Source: Lytechinus pictus | Lineage: Eukaryota | Length of the DNA: 64,000 nt | Direction: 5' to 3' | Assembly (NCBI RefSeq): GCF_037042905.1 | Contig: NC_087251.1 | Span: forward strand, 20,524,001-20,588,000 | Shown here: one piece after another, positions 31,801 to 43,600 of the stretch | Position numbering within the stretch: the first letter of the stretch is position 1 | Layout of the letters: each line of letters starts with the position of its first letter | The notes under the pieces: model-generated | The model's input: only the letters and a program-made list of their open reading frames with translations | What the model was told of the DNA's origin: nothing | The model's database searches: none | Position numbers and translations under genes: made by a program

Positions 31801-32925
31801 CTTGAGTCAATAAAAGCGTAATATAGAATTTAATTAATCAGACGTGAAAAACATACGATGCATTCTAAAGCGCTCGATCGTTTGCTCTGCGCGTAATGAG
31901 CAAAATGGATAATTCCAGTCCTTTGCAGTGAATTTTAACTCTCTATAAATTTGTTTTTAACTTTATTATCATTATCATTTAGGACTTATCCTACTATAAG
32001 AACGGAGCGTAATTTAATTCCTTCTTTTTTTCCTCCTCCAATTCTTCTTCTTTTAAAATCTCTTTTATATTTTGAAATAATTATTTTCCCCCGTAATAGA
32101 ACATTTTAGATAAACAAAAATAAACATATGCCGGCGTGTTCACACGTCGTCTTTCTTTCAAAATTTTATGGAAATTCTTTGCATAAGCACTCAATGGGAA
32201 GCGCCTCCTATATGTAGCAAGCTTGGGGAGCGTTTTATTGATCTTTGAGCATGTTGAGTTTGTCATCACCAAACACGCACATTTCTGCAAATTCTAAACC
32301 CACCGTCATCTCAAATTAAAATCATCATTTTTTATATAGGTGATTCTCAAGGTTACAAAACACGGTGCAAGATTCAAAACATGAATATATGCAAAATCTT
32401 TTTTCCAGATAAATTCGAAAAAAACCTCTCATTTATGTGAGATCGATTGCCATTTATTTTACTTGAGAATGGGAGAAACATGATCCATCAAACAACACAT
32501 TTATTGAATGAATATCGTTGTTGTTAGTCATCTTGTTTGATTATGCAGATGAATACCACCGAGAGACACCGAGTTATACAGTTATATTGATTTACTGGTT
32601 AATATTAACTCCAATATTCCAAATGTTTACAATCTGGGCTTGCCCCGAGGCTTATCTCCTAAAAGCTCTCCAAACTGTATTATAGCAGTCATGAATGAAG
32701 ACCTAACAAACGGATGGTATAAAGTCTATTACAAACGTTAATAAGTAATCATGATTTTTATATCACATAGCATTTTGATGCTCTGAATTTCAGCAAATGC
32801 TAATAAGCGCCTAAGCGTGAACTTTGAGCCGCCAAAATAAGAGATAAGTTGGCTTCCATTTTACTTCAAGGAATTCATTCGGATTGAAGAATTTTGGTTA
32901 AAAATCTTTCCATCTCTTATTCAAT

Positions 32926-33883
32926 ATGTCTGGAAGTGTAAGAAAGCCTCCGAAGGATCAGATAGATCCAGTCGAGAGAAGAAAAGAAAGAGATTACAAG
33001 AAAGAAGCAGAGGAAGAAAATTTGTGGGAAAGCATAGTACAGCCAGCATTTGCGGAGTTTGCAGGAACCTTTTTTTACGCCTTCATGGTATGCCTGGCCG
33101 TTACAGCACAAGATGTACTGGAATATGCTATTGCAAGTGGTCTCGGAATAGCAGCACTTTGCATCAGTTTCGTCAATATCAGGTGATATAAAAATACATG
33201 TGAATGTGATAAAATATTGATAACATCGAAATAAATTGCATAGTAGTTACCGACGCAATTATCATTATTTCTGACGTAAATACGCATATACCCTTCTTTT
33301 GCAATTTTGACGATGTTTCCGGAATCTATTGTCGGATGTCTAAACAACTGATTTAATCATTAATATGGTTCGATTAACTATGTATTTTTATCAATTGGAA
33401 CTTTGTTAAAAGGTACATGCCTACATGCAATAGTTACAATGTCAGTTCGGACCGTTAACTGTCTTGCGCCATTTAAATTAGCAAAGGTCATATCATTACA
33501 TCCTGCAATGTTATTTCAAGAATCAGTCTAACCATCATTGCCTCTGTATATTATTGTCATAATTATATTGCATTTTGAACCTGAAGAAAGGATCAGATCC
33601 CAGATTATGAAGATCATCAAATTATTCAATTACATTGAATGCAACCTTTATCATATAACTCTTGTATTTGCGTTCACAGCTGGGGGCCCGGGTTCGATTC
33701 CCGGCAGAGACATTTTCGGCATCACTAAATTTTCCAAAGGGCAGGTAGCTCTGGGGAACCGTAAATTTAAGCTACGTCCACCATTTTTCTCTTCATTCAT
33801 TTCTTTCATAACATGTTTAAATACAAAAGTTGCTAAAGCTGTTGAACATGTTTATATATATTCACACACACACACACACTCAC

Positions 33884-33914
<31 letters not shown>

Positions 33915-36900
33915 GCCACTCAATGAATCATATTATAAATATATCCTATACATAAGATAAATTTATGGAAAATATTCGGGTCTTGTCAGCAATATCCCGC
34001 CACAAGTATGCCGAAATGTCATTCTGACTGACTAGATCTGTTGACTATAACGAAATTTTCATTGTTACACTCACACTCACACACACACACTATCTCTGTC
34101 TATCGCCCTCGATCTTCCCGCCCTTCCTCTATTTTTTTTCTCTTTCTCATATTCTTAGATTTCCTTTTCCCTCCCTTCCGTGCTACTTTCTGCATTGGTT
34201 AGTCAAAACGCATTGTTTTTTTTTTGTTACTTGGCCGCATTTATTAATTGGTTCATCATGATGGGGATGCATGTCATAATTTAATACATGCGTCCCTAAC
34301 ATGATAAATATGTATGTGTTTTGCTGTTTCTTATGATGTAGAATTCGTGTAAATTGAGCTTTTTAATTTGATATTAAATGTATTCTTATGTAAATTTTTG
34401 TAAAGGGTTATGCAATTCGGCTTTTCAGTCGTATATATACCCTTGTTGCAATAAACCGTTTTAAATAAATAAATAAAAACATATACAAATACATTGCAGC
34501 GGTGCGGATCGAACTTAATACAACGCAAGTTAAATTTATATAGCGTTCATTTATGTATATATAGGTTATGTTTATATGTATTTACATTTGACAGGGCTCC
34601 CTTGAAAAGCTGGCCAATTGGCTTGAACGAGACAACCCTGTCTTTTAAAGAAAACGTGAATAAATAAATAATAAATAAACAAATAAATCAGAAGCCATAA
34701 TCAGCGATAGTTCTCTATTTCACTTGTCCAAAATACAGTGGTGGTCACTTCAATCCTGCGATCAGTTTGGCAGCCTTCGTGTCTGGTGGGCTTCACATCG
34801 TCAATCTCTTATGCTATCTTCCTCTTCAGCTGGTAGGTGCCGTTCTTGGTGCAGCATTCGTAAAGGTAAGAATTGAAGCCTTTAATAATATTGATGTTCA
34901 AGAGCTCTGTTAGTCATTGTTCCGATGACACCAACTACTTTTGGCCCCATTAACCTCTGTCATATTCGATTTATGATTTTTCCAAAACTGACAGTTATAT
35001 GAAGATGATGATAACGATTGCATCACGTATAGGTTCATACTTCGAGTGCTACTGATATTTCGGCGGCTATATTCTTCCTCTTCTTCCCCTCATTTCACCC
35101 TCTTCATTATACTCGTTGTCTTCTACCTCCAATAGTCTTCCTCTCTTTTTCTTTTATCTTCTTGTCTTTCTCTTCCTCCTTCTTTTCACCCTTATCTACC
35201 TCCGCTCTCCTCTTCTTCCTTCTTCTGTGCCTTTTTCCACCCGTTTCTCCTCCTTTCAAGCTTCTTCTCCTGTTCTCTTCCTCTCCTCCTCTACCATCTC
35301 ATCATTTTTATAATTCTTTCTCTTCTTTTCTTTTTCTTCATTTTTGCCATTTGCCTCCTCTTCCTGCTTTTTTCTCATTCTTCCTCCTTCCCCTTCAGTG
35401 ATAAGCCTGATATTTTGAGAATCACCCATGGAATATTCATGTACATATTAATAAACATATAGTTAAATAAAAGAAAAAAGGTAATTTCCGCTCCTCTATT
35501 TTCAAATTGGCTCTTTTATGCCCCTCTTTTTTAAATCTTGGGTCTACAACTGCATGAAGTATTATAAACAAATCATAGATTTAAACAATAAGTAAATGAA
35601 ATGATTCTATAAATTAATAGGAAAAATATTTATATAAAATGGGGACAAGACAAAGCAAAATGGAGAAAGGTAGATGAATACTGTCCTTGCCACTGACTCT
35701 AAATTGTCTTACTGTTCTTCCAGGCCGCTCTCTATGAATCAACTTACGAGGAGATCAAGGGCGGAGCCTCTGTGTTCCGTGGCAACCATCTCGTCAATGG
35801 CTTCAACGACTGGATGAAGGTCAATAACTGGGATACCTCCCCATACCTTGCCATGATCACCGAGACCCTCCTTGCTACGATGGTTGTCATGGCATATCTC
35901 CAAGCCAACGTCGATGAGCGCCGGGCAGGCAAGAAGAAGGACCCGATGGTGTATGGCATAGCCATTGCTTCAGTGACAATTGCCTCGTAAGCATTCTCTG
36001 TCATTTCCTTTTATATCAATCAAAGTGTACAGCAATCCATATGTATAAAGTTAATTTATATTATTTTTCTCGATCTACATTACTCATATTGTCAAAGGAG
36101 TGTATTTTGACTATATCAGGGTGAACAAATTTTGACAGTCGAAAAACGGGACACTTTGAAGCCATACAGGATATTATATACAGGACCAAAATTTGGCAAG
36201 ATCTTACAGCAGTCTCCAAGATCACTGAAATTTGTCATCTCTGTGGAATGGTTAAGAAAGGAAAGACCCCTCAAAGAACTCTGAAAGTCTGATGGATATT
36301 TCTTGTCTTACTGGTCTGAGATTAGTCCTATAAAGATCTTTCAATGGTCTTTCAGAGATCTTTTATGCAACAAGTGATCTTCCAAAATTCTTTCCATGGA
36401 CTTTGCCTGGTCTTTCAATGATCTTTCGATGATCTCTCATGAGTCCTACAGTGAAATCTTGAGACTGCCGAAAGATCATGGAAAGACTAATCAGATCTTT
36501 GAAAGTTCATTGAAAGACCACTGACAGACTGCTGAAAGACCATCAAAAGACAATTTTCCTGTAAGACCGTTGAAAGACTGTTTTGAACCGTTTCAAAAAG
36601 TTTTGGGACACAAGAGGACCACGAAGACCATTAAAAGATCCATCAGGAATCGTGAAAGACCTCGGAGATCATTGAAAGTTCGTTGAAAGAACCTTGAAAG
36701 ATCAAGCAAGATTCATGGTCTTACAGCAGTCTTTCAGAGGTCTTGCTCTCTGTGGAATGGGGGTTTCACTTGTGAGAAAAACAGGCCTTGTGGACGCTCG
36801 GCTTGGTGGAAAGACCCGATGTAACATGCTTTTAAAGAAAGAATCAAGTATAATTATCATCATTTACCAATGGCTTTAAAATAATTTCAGTATCAACGTC

Positions 36901-39336
36901 ATTTCATAATCCCACGCCATTTTTGTTTCATTCAGATTCTACACAGCAGGAGGCGGCTTCAACCCTGCTGTGAGTTTTGGTAGCGCCATTGTTTCCGACA
37001 CATGGGATGCCCATTACATCTACTGGGTTGGACCCATGGCTGGAGCAGCAATAGCTTCACTTTTCTTCAGGTAATTTAACCCATTGCTTCCCCAATTCGG
37101 GAGGGCCTGTTCAAAGCGTGATTGAAGGAGAAGGAAACCCTGGAGAAATATTGATTTTAATGAATAGAGAAATTGGTCATGAAATGAAAGAATTATGAAA
37201 GTTTCACCACAATCACAATGTAATGAGAAAGTTAGAAAATTCTGAAATTTCAATTTAGTTATAATGGTGATTCTGACAATGAAAATGTTTCTTCAAACTG
37301 ACAGGTAGAAAAATAAAACTCTCCATACACTTTTTGCACAAAATTTAACCCACTTTCTCTCAAGGTACAGCTTGTCTCATTAGCCCAAGATACACAATGG
37401 GAAGATATATTTGACACTTCTCTTGAGTTCATTAAAAGACAAGCATCACCTCTATGACATGAGAGTTGTAAATTGGGATTTTTTAAACTTTCATAACTTC
37501 CTCATTTTGTAAAACTGATTTTGATGGAACTTTTTTTAATTGCTTGGAACTCTCTATTTTCTCTTTTCATTAAAATTGATATTTACCCACGGTTTCATTT
37601 TCCATTAAGAAACTTAAGAGATTCTCAAAGTCAGCTGGTAAATAAACAATTGAATGTTATCAAAAATAATCTTCAATTGAAAGAGAAGAGAGGTGCAAGT
37701 TATTAAAAAAAACATTTGATAAATGGCAAAGTATTGAATTTTGAAAATTCTTGATGTAAAATTTGAGGCAATATTCAAATGGAAATGTTGCATCATAATA
37801 ATAACATTTAGAAGAGCGTTCTCATCATGTTTTGAACACAAAAACTTCAAAATTCCTCGGTAATAACAGAGTGATTTCTCTGCAAAACTAGTCATTTTTT
37901 AGCAATATTGTAAATTTGGTTAATATGAGGAATTTGACGAGTACACAGAGTATTGATGCTTCAAACTTCATATCTTTTTATGGAACTTATTTTTGAAAAA
38001 AAATAGTATCTATTTTTCTGCCAATGTCTCATGAAGTGGTTATAAGAGGCTTAAAATTTCTTGAAAAGTTGAGCATATACAAGATTAGATGATACTTTTG
38101 TTGGCCCTCTGAAAAGCACACAAAAATGAGATAAAACTGAAGTTTTTATATACAAAATTGAAAAATAATAGTCTTTATTAATTTTGCATGAAACTTGATA
38201 TCTACGATTGATATCAAACATATTTGATATCTAAACACTGTTAGCATACACTGTGTAGTGCATGAGACATTCAAATAAACATTTTGTCTGATTTTTATTA
38301 CATAAGATTTAATACCAAGGCTGTGAAAAGAGTCTTTGCCTGAACATATTGAGTACTGTCCCATTTCTGATAGCCATTTTTTCTTTACCATTATTGGGGG
38401 CAAATAATTACTAAGAAATAAAATCATGTAATTAATTTGCATAATCATCATCTAACCAACAGTCAGTATTAAAACAAAACTTACTGATTTTTTCCTCCTT
38501 CAGCCTCACTCCACTCGTTATTTTCAATGAGATGAAATTTTTAAAAGCAACATCAAAACGTTGTTTACCATGTAGGCCTACCCTTCATTTTCTAGAATCT
38601 AAAGGCCCCTGTGAAGAACTCACATAAATTATAGAATAGCAACCTTGGCAGTACCGCTAGACAATATTGATATACACTCAAATTGAGAATAGAATAAATT
38701 GACGTTTGGTACAAAATTATAAAATCTCATATATATTGTACCAAATTTGATATTGTAATGTTTTTAACAGTGCTGTAAAAGGTAATAGAAGTATCAAACC
38801 AACTCTCTTTAACTTGCACACCTGGTTTGTTAGCCTTGGCTCAAACATTTTTTTTTTAAAGATGGGTTATTGGCTTGTCATATTACAGCTAAATGCTAAT
38901 CAAATATGCACTATTTGGCATCAAGGGGCTGCTTTGTTGGTTTATTTAAAGTACCTATGAAGAAGCGCACATATGGTGTGCTACATGTATCTTGGAATTA
39001 TCCCCATCCCCCCCAAAAAAATGACTCGTCTTGCTGCACACAAAAATACCTACAATGTATTCAACTCTAATATTTCAGCTGTTTTTTTTTCTTCATATTT
39101 TTATTGTCAAATCATCAGTCCTTTGAAATTGACAATATTTTTTTATATTTTTCTAAATATGATGAAAAGAAACTTAAAACTTGTTAATGACTATTTTCAC
39201 CTTTCTCACAACTTGAGTACCCTTTTATCTCCAGATTTGTTTCCCAATATCTTTTGACAATTTCTTTTGATTTCTTTTTCTTGTATCATCTTGTAGGATC
39301 TTGCTTGGAGATGAAGATCATCGTTTGCTGTGCTAG
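32926..39336 (+). CDS. AQP8: Aquaporin-8-like MIP channel, 5 exons, 273 aa
   Basis: Exons 32926-33182 (..[15 protein letters not shown]), 34739-34865 ([19 protein letters not shown]), 35724-35986, 36936-37070 ([19 protein letters not shown]), 39297-39336 ([13 protein letters not shown]). GT-AG introns, consistent phases, 822 nt. [11 protein letters not shown] and YWVGP signatures plus an AQP8-like C-terminus. Subfamily assignment is by recalled similarity. Confidence 0.9.
33670..33860 (+). mobile_element. tRNA-derived SINE-like fragment
   Basis: B-box in ccgggttcgattcccgg at ~33688-33704; no A-box or cloverleaf; followed by (CA)n/(TA)n. Confidence 0.4.
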
Positions 39337-39353
39337 GTTGCCCAAAGACACAC

Positions 39354-39657
39354 TGGCCCATATTCTGAACTCAAGTCTAATTCAAACTCTGGCCTAAAGT
39401 TGTGGTTTAACTATGGATAGCCAATTGCACCATTAATCTCTAGCATTAGAGGTTCACTTTATCAGCACATTTACTGCTCGATCCATTCATAACTGTCTGT
39501 GTATAATAACAAATAAAGTTTTCTTCACCATTGAGGCATAAGACAGACAACATGACAAACAAACAAAGTAAACAACATTATTGACATGTTTGGCTTCCCA
39601 TAATTTTTGAAGAATTAGACCATGGCCTAAGATAAACTGGACCTTGGAATATGGGCC
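39354..39657. mobile_element. MITE in the AQP8 3' UTR
   Basis: tggcccatattc...gaatatgggcca TIRs starting 17 nt after the stop codon. Confidence 0.65.
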
Positions 39658-40683
39658 ATAGAGATCACATTTGTAAGCAAGATATCTCTAGGGAAATAAA
39701 GTAAAATGGACTACATTAAAAAGAAAACTTATACCAATAGCTTTTGCATCACATATTAATGATGACAATTCAAAGTCGTGAGATATACTTGAATAAAACA
39801 TGGATGCATATTTAAAAGTAAGTGTTTGAATGTGACACTTGGTGGTGTTGGTAAAAATTATTGGAGCATACAATAAATGAGAACTAAAATATATTAAACA
39901 AGATAAATCCAAATACTGGAAAATAAGGTTAGCAACATTAGAAATGTAATATTATTTATATGATAAGGTATTGTACAATGAGCCCAAATTGATGTATAAA
40001 CTGTTTGTTTTTTCTTAAAGTTTCCATTCATAAATTCATGAGTGCTCCAAGCTTACTTCAGCTTCTTTGTATTACGTAGAAATTGTTATAACATGGAATA
40101 TAAGAATTCAAATCACATAGTTTTAAAGTGTCTTGGACATCAATACATTCTAAACTCTAATTAATACCTATAGGCAAAGTATGTAATGTAATATATTATG
40201 TAAAGAATAAGCAAGGTTTGTGAATAGCTTGATCCAATCTATGCTTTTGATATTAGTTTGTTCATTTCCTTTATTATTCTAGCTTGCCTTGCCTTTTGTA
40301 AGAAAATCTAATACAGTGTAAATTAATTGCTAGTCAAAACTCAGTACTGTATGAGCAAAGCATTGGAGAACTTAGCCAAACCGAGATTGCTAAATTATAT
40401 AATGTAAAGCAATCATTCAGATAAAAAAAAATAAAGAAAAATTATTTTATTTGTTCTAATTACTAATTTCTTTTTAAATATCTGCTATCTGCTTATCAAA
40501 TCTTAGGAAAATTTTGCAAAGTATTAATCAAAATGAAATACAACAGAATTGAAAAAAAAAGTACTTTAACTCAAATTGTTTGAATCTCAGTATATTTCTG
40601 TAACATAGTTGTAAACCTGATACTGTATCATTTTCTACATTAAAGCTTGTACATGTACATAGTAGCATCTTCTGTGTCTGACC

Positions 40684-43600
40684 TCAATTGTTGATGTCTG
40701 TATGTGTCCTCTTTGATGAGTCATCTAATTCAGGTGGCCAATCTACATGCACAGCCTGGGGGTAAAAAATACAGAATGAGATTAGAGGAAAATGATATCA
40801 TTAGCCATGAAACCAATATTTTGGGATACACAAAATAATCATATAACAATGACCAACAAACTGCATTGATTTCATCTGCTTAACCTACAAACTATAATTA
40901 TCTATTTACATTGCTGAGGTATGAATAATATCGAAGAGATATTTTGAGGAAATTAAAAACAACATAACTCTAGACAGTTTTATTTGGTCTTGAATCTACT
41001 TGAAAACATGAAATTTGCTTCAAATTTGCTGCAAATTTCTCCCCCACCCCCATCTTTTGATCTTGAAGTGTCAATTTGTACCTCAAAGCATACATAAAAT
41101 ACAATATTTACCAACTTAAAATGGAATAATGATACTCTATTTCTGGATGGTGATGAATATTTGAATGCCCCAGGCCTATTAAATAATCTGAAATGTTTGA
41201 CAGTTCTAGAGACAGATAAGATAAATGGTGATAAATGATGACATATTTAATTACTGATCAATAAACAGATTTGCGCCATTTCTCAAAAAACCTGCAAGGG
41301 AGGGGAAGTACTACCTAATATTTTATCTACATCATATCGTAAATAAAAAATGCAATATAGAATCTCTATGTAGAGGTAAATGAACTTACTGTGACATCCA
41401 GCTCTGTGATATCAGCATCTGTATTGAGAATCGTTCCTACATTAGGCTGAGTTCTGCCAAGGTCACCATGTACAAACTCCTTGATGTATCTAATGATCCT
41501 CATTAAGGATAATACAATGTAAGGTTACTTTGAATATCAGTGGTATGAAGTTGGTAAAATACAAATGAATTATTGGTTAATCACAACAAAATCATTTTTA
41601 CGAAAGATGAATTGCCCCCAACAGAATGATGCTTTGACACTGAAATACAAGTCATAAATTGACATTTATACAACAATCTGCATTTTGAATAAAAGTAATA
41701 TTTTGACATTTTAACACATTACAGCTAAAAAGATACAGTCCGATTTGCAACAGATTTCAGGATCTTATATATTTGCTGATATGTGTATGCTCCAACATCT
41801 TTGTTCTTTTGACTAATTCTTCTTGAAGGCAAACTTTCTTGTACATTATTTCTTTCAACATCAGCATCTTAATAAACTTCCTTTTTGAAAACAGTTTTTA
41901 AAGCTATAAATTAAAACAAGAAATGAACACATGAAGATTCTTTTTTTTTAATCGACTCTTTTATGTACTGCTACTTCAAGTCTAAAAATACATAAAAATA
42001 ACCATAATAGGTTAAAGTGGAAGAAATTCTTTGAAGATCAAAGTTTGTCTCTGCTGAGACTAGGTAAATCACTTCTTTAGTTCTTGCTTTCCCACACCAG
42101 GAATGGCTCAAAGAAATATAAATTCCTTGAAAATAAACAACATTTTAAATATTGTCACCTTTCTCATGAACCATTCCAAGGGGTACAAGAACACATATTG
42201 ACATGAATGCATTTCAAGTCTGTTTTAGAGGGTTAAAAATATGTGTAAATTCTTTTTTTTTATATACAACAATACATTGTCTAAGGAATCAAATGAGATC
42301 AATGTAGACTGAACTTTGTGGAATTATAGATATTTAAAAGTCTATCATCATTATCATCAAGTTCAATCAGCATTTTCCCTCTTACAAAGGTTTATCAAGA
42401 AAAAATCTATCTGGGGTGATGTTTTTTATGAAATTTGGTCTCTTGTGACAATATGTTACCAACAAATAAATCTCTCTTAATCAAAGTACATTGTCTAAGG
42501 AATCAAATGAGATCAATGTAGACTGAACTTTGTGGAATTATAGACATTTAAAAGTCTATCACCATCATCATCAAGGTCAATCAGAATTTTCCCTCTTATA
42601 AAAGTTTATCAAGAAAAAAAATCTACAAACATAGACTGAAGTAGACTTATTACTTGGTTCTACATTCAAAAGGATACGTTCCTGCTTGTGTACATAAAAA
42701 CAGTTTAAAGTTGAGGTCATCTATTCTCTCTGTTGTCATGGAATGAACAGAACGTTCCCTAGTGGCAAGGGGGCGCCTATGAAGAACTCTGATTGGTGTT
42801 TTCTGCTTCAAAACTATTTCCTGAAAATAAAAATCCAGTAAAACTTCCACTGAAAACATCGCAAATGTAATCCCTTTTCAGAGCATTCATAAATCACTCT
42901 TTCCAAACTAGGGTCCCACATTTTTAAATTCCTAGATTTCCTATGCCTCTGTACAAGTTTCTACAGTAGAACAACAATTATTTCTAAGTGATATGACTCA
43001 TCATTCACATGAGACCCTAATTTGAAATTCTGTAAAATTTGTATGAATTTCAAGCACATGGGGCAGGTCCACATGAATAATTGCCAACTCAGTGTAAAAT
43101 CATCTCGAACATTTCTGTATACTTCCCAGAAGAACTTCCCTGAATATCCCAGAACTTCTTCACCAAAATGAGCCCTGTTTTCATATACTGTACATAAATA
43201 AAATAAAAGGGTGATTTTATTTCAATACTCTTTCCCTGTAAACTTCTTTAAAAAAATTGAATTAGATTTGTATATTACCTGATCAGTATTTAATTTGTCC
43301 AGATTTTCTTGGCTTACTGGTGCTGCTACCCTAACTAAGGCCATGTATGACTTCTTCTTTTCAGTCTCTCCCTCTTTTAATTTCATTGTTGCATCTCTGT
43401 TGGTAAAGGATTGAGAAGAACATGGTATATTAGAAACAATGAATTGCGACTACTTGGCATAATTTACCTGTCTTTGGGTACCTTGCACGAATACTGACTG
43501 CACTGTCACCATATTTATGGAATGTAATCGGTAATCAAACTATTACAACATATATTTCATTTTCCAAAAATGTAATAAGTCTAGGAGCTGATTATATCCA

